The position numbers and the translations under genes are program-made. From an uncultured bacterium (GTDB lineage Bacteria > Verrucomicrobiota > Kiritimatiellia > PWTM01), in the NCBI GenBank assembly GCA_938005705.1, contig CALLML010000003.1, forward strand, positions 9,272 to 73,271: DNA of 64,000 nucleotides, given 5' to 3'. The notes below the pieces were generated by a model that made no database searches, was not told the DNA's origin, and saw only the letters and a program-made list of their open reading frames with translations. Shown here in pieces: positions 51,228-61,995 of this stretch (its first letter is position 1; each line of letters begins with the position of its first letter).

Positions 51228-53012
51228 GTGCAATTGAACACAAAACTAACCATCGAACAGGAATTATCGGATTGGTTGAAGAGAGCGTTGGAACAGGCCG
51301 GGGGCCAGAGCTTGCCGGCGGATGCCGATGTCTCCGTTTCGCCGACCGTTCGCGAAGAGTTCGGCGATTATCAGTGTAACGCGGCCATGACCTTGGCAAA
51401 AGCGTTCCAGCAAAAGCCACGCGATCTCGCAACGGCCGCGATGGCCGCGGCGGATTCGCATCCCGCCGTAGCGCGGGTAGATATCGCCGGCGCCGGATTC
51501 ATCAATATTCATTTGTGGGATGACTGGCTGGCCGAGGCCGTTGCGGCGCTCAGCGTCGATGCGCGCCTCGGGGTTCCCGTTTTGGGTGCTGGGCGAACGG
51601 TCATTCTCGATTATTCGAGTCCAAACGTGGCCAAACCGATGCACATCGGGCATATCCGCTCAACGGTCATCGGCAATGCGCTGGATCGAATGTATCGTTT
51701 TCTTGGATTTCGCGTTATCGCCGACAATCACCTGGGCGACTGGGGGACGCAGTTCGGCATATTGATCCACGGGTTTCGACATTTTGCCGATCGGGCCGCA
51801 TATGAAAAGGAACCCATCGAAGAGCTCGAACGCATCTATGTAAAAAGCTACGAACGAACTCAGACCGATCCGGCGTGGCTGGAGGCCGCCCGTGCGGAAC
51901 TGGTCAAGTTGCAGCGCGGTGACGCGGAGAACCTCGCACTCTGGCGATCGTTTGTGGATCACAGTTTACGTGAGTTCGAACGGATTTATGCGCGTCTGGG
52001 GGTGCGATTCGATCTCGTACGGGGTGAGAGTTGGTATAACGATCGGCTGCCGGAGCTCGTAGCCCGATTGGAGGCACTCGGATTGGCGCGCGAAAGCGAT
52101 GGCGCGCTATGTGTATTCTCAGATGGCGCGATGCCGCCCGATGAAGATCCTTTGTTGCGTCATGAGGGTGGTGAATGGAAGCCCGCCCCGTGTATTGTGC
52201 GCAAGAGCGATGGTGGCTTCAATTACGCCGCAACGGATCTCGCCACCATTCTGAGCCGCGAAGAAGAATTCGCGCCTGACGCCATCATCTACGTCACGGA
52301 CGAGCGCCAGCAGCTCCACTTTCGCCAAGTGTTTCATATCGCCCGCAAGATCGGGGCCCGCGCGCGACTCGTGCATGTCTGGTTCGGCCTAATGCGACTG
52401 CCTGAAGGCACGTTTTCGACACGCCAGGGCAACGTTATCAAACTCGAACGGCTGCTTGATGAAGCCGAGGCGCGTGCGCTCGCCATTGTCCGGGAGAACG
52501 ACCCGTCCATGCCGGAAGACCAGCAACGCGAAGTCGCCCGCTGTGTCGGCATTGGCGCGGTGAAGTATGCGGACTTGAGCCAAAATCCGCAAAGCCTCGT
52601 CACCTTCACATGGGACAAGGCCCTGACGCTGGAGGGCAATTCCGCCCCCTATCTTCAATACGCCTATGCGCGGATATCCAGTGTTCGCGTCAAATATGCC
52701 GAACGATTTCCCGGGAACGATCCTGACGCCTATCCGATTCGTTTTTCGGCGCCGGTCGAACGCCGGCTGGCGCTCCAATTACTCCGTTTTCCCGACGCCT
52801 TGCGGCGCGCCGCTCTGCAGTACCGTCCAAACGTGCTGGCCGACTATCTTTACGAAACAGCCCAAATTTACAGCCGTTTTTATCAAACCGCGCCCTTTCT
52901 TCGGGCCGAAGAGGGGTTGCGCGAAAGCCGAGTGCGACTGTGCGGCATCACCGCACGAGTCTTGAAACAAGGGCTGCAGTTGCTCGGCATCGAAACACTT
53001 GACCGCATCTGA
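51228..53012 (+). CDS. argS: Arginine--tRNA ligase
   Basis: FGDYQCN, DYSSPNVAKPMHIGHIRST, NHLGDWGTQFG, RKSDG, GNSAPYLQYAYARI; start uncertain. Confidence 0.97.
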   Translation: MQLNTKLTIEQELSDWLKRALEQAGGQSLPADADVSVSPTVREEFGDYQCNAAMTLAKAFQQKPRDLATAAMAAADSHPAVARVDIAGAGFINIHLWDDWLAEAVAALSVDARLGVPVLGAGRTVILDYSSPNVAKPMHIGHIRSTVIGNALDRMYRFLGFRVIADNHLGDWGTQFGILIHGFRHFADRAAYEKEPIEELERIYVKSYERTQTDPAWLEAARAELVKLQRGDAENLALWRSFVDHSLREFERIYARLGVRFDLVRGESWYNDRLPELVARLEALGLARESDGALCVFSDGAMPPDEDPLLRHEGGEWKPAPCIVRKSDGGFNYAATDLATILSREEEFAPDAIIYVTDERQQLHFRQVFHIARKIGARARLVHVWFGLMRLPEGTFSTRQGNVIKLERLLDEAEARALAIVRENDPSMPEDQQREVARCVGIGAVKYADLSQNPQSLVTFTWDKALTLEGNSAPYLQYAYARISSVRVKYAERFPGNDPDAYPIRFSAPVERRLALQLLRFPDALRRAALQYRPNVLADYLYETAQIYSRFYQTAPFLRAEEGLRESRVRLCGITARVLKQGLQLLGIETLDRI

Positions 53013-53027
53013 ACATCACCTGGGCAA

Positions 53028-53411
53028 TCAAGGCGACGGAGATTCGTCTTTCAGCAGCTCATCCACAAGTGAGGTCAATTCCGAGATGCGGAAGGGCTTC
53101 GCCAGAACGCGATCGGCGCCCATCTGCCGAGCCGTCTTAAGAACATCCATCTGCCCCGCGATACCGCCGCCGGAGACCGCAATCGTCCGAAACGAATGTC
53201 CCTCGCGTCGGAGTTCGCGGAGCGTTTCCAAACCATCCTGTTCGGGCATAAAAATATCGGTGATAACGATTTCTGGCGGCGCCTCGCGAAAGGCACGCAA
53301 GCCTTGGGCACCATCAGATACGGCCACGACTTCATGACCGACTCGTCGCAGTGCTCGGATCATGAGCTTCCGAATATCTTCGGTATCTTCAATAATCAGG
53401 ATACGTGCCAT
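53028..53411 (-). CDS. Single-domain response regulator (receiver)
   Basis: ARILIIED, ITDIFMPEQDG, AVSGGG, LAKPF. Confidence 0.9.
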   Translation of the reverse strand: MARILIIEDTEDIRKLMIRALRRVGHEVVAVSDGAQGLRAFREAPPEIVITDIFMPEQDGLETLRELRREGHSFRTIAVSGGGIAGQMDVLKTARQMGADRVLAKPFRISELTSLVDELLKDESPSP

Positions 53412-53415
53412 CGGA

Positions 53416-55440
53416 TTAGTTCCATCTCTTACCAGCAGCCGATAAAATTCGACGCAAGTCATTCTCACGTAATGGTTTACTAATATAGTCGTCCATACCA
53501 GCATCCAAGTATTTTTCGCGATCCCCCCGCATCGCATGAGCCGTAACTGCGATCACGCGCGGGCGGCGATCGGCCGGCCATTCTGCGAGAATCCGTCGTG
53601 TCGCCTCCACGCCGTCCATGACCGGCATCTGGACATCCATCAGAATTACATCGTAGTCGCGTTCCCGCAAACGTGCCAACACTTCCTCTCCATTTCCCGC
53701 GACGTCGGCGTGGATACCCATGCCCTCCAGCATACGCAATACCACTTTCTGGTTGACGGGGTTGTCCTCCGCGACCAGCACGCATTTCGGCAGCGGACCG
53801 CTCGGCTGGTCAGTCTCGCCGGTGTCTGCGGGTTGCAAAATGGCGCTTAGCACAAGCTGAAGATCGTCGTGTTTTACGGGTTTGCTCAATACGGCGGAAA
53901 TCATCGGACCATTCTGAAAATCCCCCTTTTCATTCGTTGAAGGCTTCCACCGCCTGCGGCCCGACGAGCACAGAATCACAGGCATCGTTTGAGTTGTTTT
54001 GATATTCCGCATTTCTTCTATTGCCGCGATAACGTTCGAACCGGCCGATTTCTTGTCCACAATGGCCACATCGAATGATTCACCAGCCCCCAGCCATCGC
54101 AGAGCCTCGGCAAACTCTCCTGTTGACTGTACACGGAATCCCCACTCCGTCATGTGGCGTTCAAAAGCCATCCGACTCGTCTCATCATTGTCCACGATCA
54201 GCGCCGAACGGCCGGCAAAGTGCGCGCGAAGCTCACCATTCGAAGTTTCGGGCAGTAAAACGTCCACGGTGACGGTAAACGTGAATGTCGAGCCCTGTCC
54301 CGGTTCGCTTTCCACCCAAAGCCTCCCCCCCATCAGTTCCGCCAGGCGCTTGCTGATGGCAAGTCCAAGCCCTGTGCCTCCATAGCGCCGCGTTACCGAT
54401 GTATCCAACTGGCTGAAGGGGCGGAACAATTTTCCCATCTGTTCCGGCGGAATGCCGATACCCGTATCCCTTACGGCCACTCTCAGTTCACATTTGCCAC
54501 CCTCCATGTGGACGGCGGACACTGTTGTTTCCACAAATCCTTTATCTGTAAATTTGACGGCATTGCTCAACAGGTTCCCCAATACCTGTCGCATGCGAAT
54601 GAGATCGCCCGCGATGCGGGCGGGCACGCCCTCTCGCACGCGGGTTTTCAACGTCAGGCCTTTTTTCTCGGCGTTGACGCGCACCATGCCGACGGTGGAA
54701 TCCAGCCACTCCGCGGTGCAAAATGCTCGCCGCTCCAACTCCATTCGACCCGCCTCGATTTTCGCCAGATCGAGGATCTGATTGATAATCATCAGGAGCG
54801 TCTCACCGCTAGACCGGATCGTCTCCACATAATCACGCTGCAAGGGACTGAGTTCCGTCCCCATAAGCAAATCCGTCATTCCGATGACGGCGTTCATAGG
54901 GGTTCTAATCTCGTGACTCATGTGCGCGAGGAACTCACTTTTCGCCTTGTCGGCCGCTTCCGCTGCCCGAAGCGCCTCCGCGGTGGCCTGCTCGGCCGCA
55001 CGCCGGGCCTTCAACTCCTCCTCGAGCCGCCGATTCATGTCCCGAAGGGCTCGTTCATTTTCGCGAATACGCAATAGCGCCCGCACCTGGGCGATCAATT
55101 CGGCATTATCGAAGGGTTTGCAGAGATAGCTGTCGGCCCCTTTTTCTAGGCCTGTGATGCGATCCCGAGTTTCGACGAAATAACCGGATACCATCAGAAT
55201 CATGGGCGAACCTCGATGCGTATCCGCCTTCAGAGCACGACACAAATCGAAACCGCTCATCCCGGGCATCATGACATCCACGATCGCCAGGTCTATGCCG
55301 TGTTCACGCGCGATTTCCAACGCCTCCTTGCCATCGCCCGCCAGGAGTACTTCGCTATCGGCAAAATGATGTTCCAGCAGGCGTTGAAACAACTGGCGGC
55401 CGGATGGCATATCGTCCACCACAAGAAACTTGATTTTCAC
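53416..55440 (-). CDS. Cytoplasmic hybrid histidine kinase (REC-HisKA-HATPase-REC-REC)
   Basis: FLVVDD..DVMMP, FLAHMSHEIRTPMN, NLLSNAVKFT, DTGIG, GGTGLGL, VAEDN..MDVQMP; GTG start at 55440 inferred. Confidence 0.92.
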   Translation of the reverse strand: MKIKFLVVDDMPSGRQLFQRLLEHHFADSEVLLAGDGKEALEIAREHGIDLAIVDVMMPGMSGFDLCRALKADTHRGSPMILMVSGYFVETRDRITGLEKGADSYLCKPFDNAELIAQVRALLRIRENERALRDMNRRLEEELKARRAAEQATAEALRAAEAADKAKSEFLAHMSHEIRTPMNAVIGMTDLLMGTELSPLQRDYVETIRSSGETLLMIINQILDLAKIEAGRMELERRAFCTAEWLDSTVGMVRVNAEKKGLTLKTRVREGVPARIAGDLIRMRQVLGNLLSNAVKFTDKGFVETTVSAVHMEGGKCELRVAVRDTGIGIPPEQMGKLFRPFSQLDTSVTRRYGGTGLGLAISKRLAELMGGRLWVESEPGQGSTFTFTVTVDVLLPETSNGELRAHFAGRSALIVDNDETSRMAFERHMTEWGFRVQSTGEFAEALRWLGAGESFDVAIVDKKSAGSNVIAAIEEMRNIKTTQTMPVILCSSGRRRWKPSTNEKGDFQNGPMISAVLSKPVKHDDLQLVLSAILQPADTGETDQPSGPLPKCVLVAEDNPVNQKVVLRMLEGMGIHADVAGNGEEVLARLRERDYDVILMDVQMPVMDGVEATRRILAEWPADRRPRVIAVTAHAMRGDREKYLDAGMDDYISKPLRENDLRRILSAAGKRWN

Positions 55441-55851
55441 GGCCCGCTCCAATTCTGCTCGTGTGATATTCCTTTTAAACTGGTTGCTTACTCCGTCCCT
55501 CCGGTACAAGCAACAGCAAATACGGACGCGGCCGGCCGGTTTACGGTGCCGCCTCACCGCCTTCCGCGCGCCCCTGAGCGCAAGGACATCGCCGATTATC
55601 GTAAAATCGCCATTGAAAGAAATACCTGACATTTGTTTCGCGTATCGCCCATGACCGAAGGCGGATTGTCCACCTTCCATAGCGGTATCGGCTCGGCCCC
55701 CTGTTCGCCTTCTTGACTAATACGCAAGAAATGCAACGATGCCGACGAGCCGGGTCGCCTTGGGTATAGGGGAAGGGTACGGCGACGTGGGTACGCTGCA
55801 TATTGCTGTCGCATCGTCGGCGACATGGGCTCCGTTGTCAGCGGAGGGCAT

Positions 55852-56877
55852 ATGATTCGGGAAGCGATTGGCAACTTGGTTGAAGGCCGCCCTCTGAGCG
55901 GGGAGGCGGCCTATACGGTGGTCCGTGAAATCATGGCGGGAGAGGCCACTCCCGCCCAGATCGCCGCCTTCATCACTGCGTTACGCATCCGTGGCGAAAC
56001 GTCGGAAATCATTGCTGGGTGTGCACGCGCGATGCGGGAAAATTTTACGGCTGTGCCGCATCAAGCTCAGAAAGTAGTGGACACCTGCGGAACGGGCGGC
56101 GACGGTGCTCACACGTTCAACATTTCCACCGCGGCAGCGTTGGTCGCGGCCGCTGCGGGCGTGACGGTCGCCAAACACGGCAATCGAAGCGTGTCCAGTC
56201 GCTGCGGCAGCGCCGACGTGCTGGCCGTCCTTGGCGTTAATCTGCAGCTCTCGCCGGTGGCGCTCGGCGAATGCCTTGATCGTATCGGTATCGCATTCCT
56301 GTTTGCCCCGAATCTCCATCCTGCGATGCGACACGCCATTGGCCCACGGCGCGAAATTGGAATCCGATCGGTCTTCAATATCCTCGGTCCGCTTTCCAAT
56401 CCGGCGGGCGCCACATATGGCGTCATGGGCGTCTTCGCCGCTTCCATGGTGCGACCTATGGCGGAGGCGGCGGCGGCGTTGGGCGCACGGCGGCTGTTCG
56501 TAGTGCATGGGCTTGACGGCCTGGACGAGATTACCCTGACCGGACCCACGTTAGTCGGTGAAGCGCGCGAGGGTGTTGTCGCTGTCTACGAATGGACACC
56601 GGAGACCTTCGGATTGCCGCGCTGCGGGCAGGAAGATTTGAAAGGCGGAGAGCCCGAAGATTGCGCTCGCATCGTACGCGAGGTGCTCGGCGGCGCAAAG
56701 GGGCCGCGACGGGACATCGTGCTGGCGAATGCCGCAGCCGCACTGATGGCGGCCGGTTTCATCGATTCACCGATCGATGGTGTTGCGCAAGCGGCAACGG
56801 CCATAGACTCGGGCGCGGCTATGGAAAAACTTGAAGCACTTATTCGCATGACCCGCGCCCTCGCTTCCCCCGCTTGA
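55852..56877 (+). CDS. trpD: Anthranilate phosphoribosyltransferase
   Basis: DTCGTGGDG..TFNIST, KHGNRSVSS.CGSADVL, FNILGPL.NP, DGLDE. Confidence 0.96.
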   Translation: MIREAIGNLVEGRPLSGEAAYTVVREIMAGEATPAQIAAFITALRIRGETSEIIAGCARAMRENFTAVPHQAQKVVDTCGTGGDGAHTFNISTAAALVAAAAGVTVAKHGNRSVSSRCGSADVLAVLGVNLQLSPVALGECLDRIGIAFLFAPNLHPAMRHAIGPRREIGIRSVFNILGPLSNPAGATYGVMGVFAASMVRPMAEAAAALGARRLFVVHGLDGLDEITLTGPTLVGEAREGVVAVYEWTPETFGLPRCGQEDLKGGEPEDCARIVREVLGGAKGPRRDIVLANAAAALMAAGFIDSPIDGVAQAATAIDSGAAMEKLEALIRMTRALASPA

Positions 56878-57754
56878 ACGATGTCCCGTTTCCCCTCCGA
56901 CATGTGGAGCGAAACCGGCATCGCCGGCAAGCGTCCGGATCCCTACCATGTCGGCAATCGCCGGAGATACCCATGTGACATAGCGCGAAATCGTACCGGA
57001 CCGGATCCAAAGGATCGAATCGCCGCAACACCGCCGTGATCTCTTCTGCAGCGCGGCGACTGGCGGACTGTCGGTGGGTCCATCCGAAATCACGGGCCAG
57101 TGTGAGGATATGGCGATCGAGCGGAAGGATCAGGGCGGAAGGGGAAATCTCCTTCCATAACCCTAAATCCACGCCATCGTCTCGTCGAACCATCCAGCGC
57201 AGAAACAGCATCCAACGTTTCGCGGCGGACGCGCCGACAGCCGGCAGGAGGTGGCGTAGCCCGGGGGTATGATCCGTCGCAGGCACGACGTCCAGCAAAT
57301 TTTCGCGCAATGCCTTAATCCCCTCCCAAATATTGCGCGTATGCAACCAACCGCGGCGAAAAACCGCAAGCAAACCGCCCGGCAGTTCGCTTACCACCAC
57401 AATCGCGCGGGCCAGAGCGCACAAATCGGCACCCGTAGCAAAACGATAGGCGGGCCAGCGCCAAGATCGCGGCGGACACCAAACCAGTTCGCGCAATGAA
57501 TAGTCGCATATCTCCGCCACCCGGCGAATGATGGATAGAAACATCTCGACTTTTCCATAGGCCAACAGGGCGGAAAACAACGCGATGGTCTCGATTTCAG
57601 AGCGCGGACGTTTGCGAGCCATCGCACGGCGAGGAACAGAAATCGGATCGTAGTGCAAACGTCGGGTTGTCGGAAATGTGCGAAGATGATCCGCCAGAGC
57701 ACGTCGCCACTGGGCGTCACTCCATCGCCCGTCATTTACCGAGGAATAATTCAC
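56840..57754 (-). CDS. TIGR02757 / DUF2400 family protein
   Basis: DPISVP, LAYGKV, SAAKRWMLFLRWMVRRD.VDLGLW, PLDRH, DPLDPVRYDFAL; C-terminal Cys cluster. Confidence 0.87.
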   Translation of the reverse strand: MNYSSVNDGRWSDAQWRRALADHLRTFPTTRRLHYDPISVPRRAMARKRPRSEIETIALFSALLAYGKVEMFLSIIRRVAEICDYSLRELVWCPPRSWRWPAYRFATGADLCALARAIVVVSELPGGLLAVFRRGWLHTRNIWEGIKALRENLLDVVPATDHTPGLRHLLPAVGASAAKRWMLFLRWMVRRDDGVDLGLWKEISPSALILPLDRHILTLARDFGWTHRQSASRRAAEEITAVLRRFDPLDPVRYDFALCHMGISGDCRHGRDPDACRRCRFRSTCRRGNGTSFKRGKRGRGSCE

Positions 57755-57939
57755 GGACGAATCGAGAGAGGGTTGGAAAAGGTTTTATCCGCATTCAAGG
57801 GCTCTGGAATCGTTTTAGGAGACAAGCCTTTGCTCTCGCGCCGAATGCGCCATATCGCCCACCCTAACACCCCGGCCAATAGAACGGTCAATGCCTGCGC
57901 AATAAACCGACGCCACCGGCGGTGCCTGCTTCGATGCAT
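57751..57939 (-). CDS. Putative small single-pass membrane protein
   Basis: MHRSRHRRWRRFIAQALTVLLAGVLGWAIWR..; GAGG upstream; stop overlaps the next start (GTGA). Confidence 0.35.
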   Translation of the reverse strand: MHRSRHRRWRRFIAQALTVLLAGVLGWAIWRIRRESKGLSPKTIPEPLNADKTFSNPLSIRP

Positions 57940-58097
57940 TCGCGGCTGCCTCACCCTCCGCAGCCACATTTTCCTCCACGAGGGTCCAAGACGGATTCTG
58001 CATGGACGTCCCCATATCAGGGGAACAGAGTCTTCTGACACTGTTTGTTTCGACAGGGTAGGCTGGGTTTCACTTATTGGCGGATTTTCCAAACGGC

Positions 58098-58823
58098 TTA
58101 CCTCCGGCGGTTGGCCAACACTTTGTCTAGCGCCATCCTTTCCCTTTCCATCAAGGCCGCATAGATCGCGGCTGCCTTTTCGAGGGATCGAATGACCATC
58201 AACATATCCGTGTGCAGACATACCAGGCACAGCCGTGCCAGCGCCTGTAGATGCTGATGCTCATCCACACAGCAGACCAAGAAAAATATATCCGTCCCCC
58301 GCCCGTCGGGAGCGCCAAAAGGGATTAGTTGGCAAGTCCGCCCCAACAGGATGAAGGAATCCTCCAGCATATAGGGCTCTCGATTGGCCGCATGCAGCAA
58401 GGCCACGCCGCCCTCCAACGCGGTGGATGCGTCGTCCTCTCGCGCGAGAACGGCCGCCAACAGGTCTTCGGGATAGTTCAGCAAACCCGTGCGGCCGGCA
58501 AAATCGACCATGTCACGAATGACCGAGGCCCGCGTGCGCGATGTGAGAGACGGTTCGATCCACTCGGGACGCATCAACCGGTCCAGGATCGGCGTCGGAC
58601 CTTCATCGCGTGATCGCGGACGATGAAACCCTACGATTTCTCCCGGCTTGCTCTCCAGCAGGCGGCGAGATGCCCAGCGCTCGATCTCCGAACGGCGAAA
58701 AAGGTACCGATCGCCCCGACGCGTACATGGAATTTCGGCGCAACGCGCCCACTCCTGCACGTCCGCCACCGAAACGCGCAGATATGACGCGACCTCTTCG
58801 ATGTTAAGCCATGTATGGGGCAT
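58098..58823 (-). CDS. Excisionase-type HTH fused to PTS EIIA(Ntr)-like domain
   Basis: LNIEEVASYL..V..W....EIP HTH; RE..STALEGGVALLH, FGAPDG, HLQALARL. Confidence 0.88.
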   Translation of the reverse strand: MPHTWLNIEEVASYLRVSVADVQEWARCAEIPCTRRGDRYLFRRSEIERWASRRLLESKPGEIVGFHRPRSRDEGPTPILDRLMRPEWIEPSLTSRTRASVIRDMVDFAGRTGLLNYPEDLLAAVLAREDDASTALEGGVALLHAANREPYMLEDSFILLGRTCQLIPFGAPDGRGTDIFFLVCCVDEHQHLQALARLCLVCLHTDMLMVIRSLEKAAAIYAALMERERMALDKVLANRRR

Positions 58824-59185
58824 AACCGGGGTGAATCACCTAGGTCTGGCGCCATTGACGGCCCCGACCTGCGGCACATATAACGCGCACGCGTTTCCTC
58901 GACAATACGAAACGCCGGTCCGGTGCCGCCGCCCCCTATGTCGTTCCTCAAAAAAATGATGCGAACCATCCGTTTATTCGAATAAAACCAGGGGCCTTGA
59001 GTAAAACGAGTGATCCGCTGGACACACAAGAGAAGAATCGTCACCATGCGCACGGTGCACGAAAAACCAAAGGCGATTCCTTGGTCCATGGAGCGTCGGA
59101 CACCAGGCACGCGCTTAATTGCCAATGCATTCGTCAATCTGATATTTTTATCGGCCATGGGCGCATGTCTTTTGAAAATATAACC

Positions 59186-60793
59186 ATGAATTCAGAATGG
59201 TATCTGGGCTTAGATTCCAGCACACAGGGCGTGACGGCGCTGCTGTGGGACGCTCATCGGAGGCGTTTGGGACAGGTAGTGGGACTCCATTATGGGCGGG
59301 ATTTGCCGGAATATGGATGCCCACACGGTGCCCTTCCGGACCCCGACCCCGCTGTAGCCCATGCCCCACCGGGGATGTGGACTGACGGACTGGATCGGAT
59401 ATTCTCTCGACTCCGGGCCGCAGGCGCTGATCTTCGGACGGTGCGCGCCATTGCCGTCTCGGCCCAGCAACACGGCTCGGTCTATCTCAATAGCGAGGCG
59501 GAAAGGCGCATAGCCGAACTTCGTCCCGACGCGCCCCTCGCCGTTCAGCTCGACGGCATTTTTTCGCGCGCGACATCTCCGATCTGGATGGATGTGTCCA
59601 CATCGGAGGAATGCGAAGACATTCGCCGCGCTCTCGGCGGCGATCGCGCGGTGATCCAGGCAACCGGCTCCAACACATTTGAAAGATTTACCGGCCCTCA
59701 AATTCGCGCGTTCTGGAAACGTGACCCGGCGGCTTGGGAACGCACCGCCCACGTGGCGCTTGTGAACTCGTTCCTTACCTCGCTGCTGATCGGCCGTCTG
59801 GCGCCGTTGGAACCGGGCGATGCGGCTGGCATGAATCTTATGGACATCCGCGCATGCGACTGGCATGAAGCTGCGTTAAGGGCCACCGCCCCCGACCTCC
59901 GCCGGCGATTGCCCGCCATCGTCCCTTCCGACACGATCGTGGGAAAAGTCGCGCCGTGGCTCGTAATCCGCCACGGCTTCAGTCCCGACACGCGCGTGGT
60001 GGTCGGCACCGGCGACAACCCTTCCAGCCTCGTCGGCCTGGGTCTGATTGAACCGGATTGGATGGCCATCAGCCTCGGCACCAGCGACACGGTCTTTCGG
60101 CTGTTGAGCGAATGCCGGACGGACTCCCGCGGCGAGGGGCATGTGTTCGGCGCCCCCATGGGTGGCTATTTCACGCTCTCGTGTTTTCAGAACGGGTCTC
60201 TCACGCGAGAGCGCGTTCGAAATCAACATCACATGGATTGGGATCGTTTTACCGAAGCGTTGCGTTCGACACCTCCCGGCAATCACGGCGGTATGATGCT
60301 GCCGTGGTTCTCTCCAGAGATTGTGCCGCGTATTCGGTATCCCCGTCCCTTTTATCGTCGTTTAGACCCCTCCGACGCGCCAGCGCATTGCCGAGCGGTG
60401 GTGGAGGCGCAAATGCTGGCCATCCGTGTCCACTCCCAATGGATGGGAGGCCAACCCCTCGGCATCCGCGCGACCGGCGGCGCCTCAAAGAACCCCGAAA
60501 TCCGGCAAATCATGGCGGACGTCCTGGGGTGCCCGGTCTATCACGCTCCTGTTTCAAACAGCGCGGCGTTGGGGGCGGCGATCCGCGCCGCGCACGCGGT
60601 ACGGCAGGCGGACGGGCGGGCGGCGGATTGGGCCGAATTGACCACGCCCGCCTCGGATGAAAAAGCGCTTTCCGCCATCCTCCCCAACTCGTCAACCCGG
60701 CTTCTCTACGACCGCATGGCCGAAGAATATGCCGTTTGGGAGCGGGAGGCGCTCGCTGAAATCGAGCGCTCATCGCCCTTACAAAAGACATGA
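59186..60793 (+). CDS. xylB: FGGY carbohydrate kinase, probable xylulokinase
   Basis: YLGLDSSTQ, SAQQHGSVY, SPIWMD.ST, ERFTGPQIR, GDNPSS, SLGTSDT, TGGASKN; start set at ATG 59186. Confidence 0.85.
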   Translation: MNSEWYLGLDSSTQGVTALLWDAHRRRLGQVVGLHYGRDLPEYGCPHGALPDPDPAVAHAPPGMWTDGLDRIFSRLRAAGADLRTVRAIAVSAQQHGSVYLNSEAERRIAELRPDAPLAVQLDGIFSRATSPIWMDVSTSEECEDIRRALGGDRAVIQATGSNTFERFTGPQIRAFWKRDPAAWERTAHVALVNSFLTSLLIGRLAPLEPGDAAGMNLMDIRACDWHEAALRATAPDLRRRLPAIVPSDTIVGKVAPWLVIRHGFSPDTRVVVGTGDNPSSLVGLGLIEPDWMAISLGTSDTVFRLLSECRTDSRGEGHVFGAPMGGYFTLSCFQNGSLTRERVRNQHHMDWDRFTEALRSTPPGNHGGMMLPWFSPEIVPRIRYPRPFYRRLDPSDAPAHCRAVVEAQMLAIRVHSQWMGGQPLGIRATGGASKNPEIRQIMADVLGCPVYHAPVSNSAALGAAIRAAHAVRQADGRAADWAELTTPASDEKALSAILPNSSTRLLYDRMAEEYAVWEREALAEIERSSPLQKT

Positions 60794-61995
60794 AGGCCCG
60801 GCTGAGAAAATATGACCCGCCGAACAGCCCCACCTCCGTCGGCTGGACAAAGGCGTTCACGTGGCGCCTCACCCCTCCGGACACGCCCTGGCAGCTGGAA
60901 TGCGGTGGACATCTGAATGAAGTGACTGTTGAGTACGAAACGTACGGCGAGCTTTCGCCCGCCCGCGACAACGCGATCCTAATCGCCCATGCACTGTCCG
61001 GCGACGCCCACGTCGCGGGATGGGACCGGGATGCTTCCGACACCCATCGCCCCTGGCGCAAAAACAAGCCCGGCTGGTGGGATGCCGTCGTAGGACCGGG
61101 TAAGGCGATCGACACGCGGACATTTTTCGTCATTTGCGCCAATGTCCTCGGCGGCTGCTACGGTACGACTGGCCCTCGTTCCATCTGCCCGGAGACGGGC
61201 CGCCGATATGGTCTTTCTTTTCCCAAGGTCACCGTGGGTGATTGGGTGCGGCTTCAGGCGCGACTCCTCGATCACCTGGGTATCGAGCGGCTTCACGGTG
61301 TGGTCGGCGGCTCGCTGGGGGGGCAGCAGGCCATCGAATGGGCGATGGCGTTTCCGGAGCGCGTGGCGCGCTGCATCGTTTTAGCCGCGTCGCCGCGACT
61401 GTCGGCCCAGGGACTGGCTTTCAACGCCGTCGGCAGGTATTCGATCATGAACGACCCGTTGTTCTTGAACGGTGATTACGAAGACGGTCAAGGTCCCGAT
61501 GCCGGCCTGGCGGCCGCGCGCATGTTGGCTCATATCACCTATCTGTCCGAATCGGGTATGCACCAGAAATTCGGACGACGCCGTCGAGTCGCACACGGGC
61601 CAAAATCGGGTTTCGGCGTGGAATTTGAAGTGGAAAGTTACCTCGAGTACCAAGGCCGCGCTTTCGTCGAGCGGTTCGACGCCGACGCGTATCTCTATAT
61701 CACCCGCGCCATGGACTACTACGACTGTGCCGAGTCATGGGGCGGTGGCGACCTGGCGACGGCCTGCCGGCGCGTGCGCGCTGAAATGCTCATCGTGTCG
61801 TTTTCATCCGACTGGCTCTATCCCCGCGCACAATGCCGGGACTTCGCGATACATCTGTGCCGCGCCGGCCGGCCTGTGACCTATGTGGATGTGCCCTCCA
61901 ACCTCGGTCATGACGCTTTTCTTGTCGAGACCGATGCCGTTGGCCGCCTGATCTCAGCCTTCTTCAACCCGGCGCGAAAGGGGTGGTCCATATGA
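60790..61995 (+). CDS. metX: Homoserine O-acetyltransferase
   Basis: YETYG.L, HALSGDAH, GWWD..GPGKAIDT, GGSLGG, ARMLAHITY, GHDAFL. Confidence 0.94.
   Translation: MKARLRKYDPPNSPTSVGWTKAFTWRLTPPDTPWQLECGGHLNEVTVEYETYGELSPARDNAILIAHALSGDAHVAGWDRDASDTHRPWRKNKPGWWDAVVGPGKAIDTRTFFVICANVLGGCYGTTGPRSICPETGRRYGLSFPKVTVGDWVRLQARLLDHLGIERLHGVVGGSLGGQQAIEWAMAFPERVARCIVLAASPRLSAQGLAFNAVGRYSIMNDPLFLNGDYEDGQGPDAGLAAARMLAHITYLSESGMHQKFGRRRRVAHGPKSGFGVEFEVESYLEYQGRAFVERFDADAYLYITRAMDYYDCAESWGGGDLATACRRVRAEMLIVSFSSDWLYPRAQCRDFAIHLCRAGRPVTYVDVPSNLGHDAFLVETDAVGRLISAFFNPARKGWSI

Noticed and set aside
55441-55680. N-terminal extensions in the ORF track (kinase; also plsY, recJ, xylB, hydB and the lipoprotein)
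   Set aside because: Longest-ORF artefacts; recognisable domains start at downstream start codons
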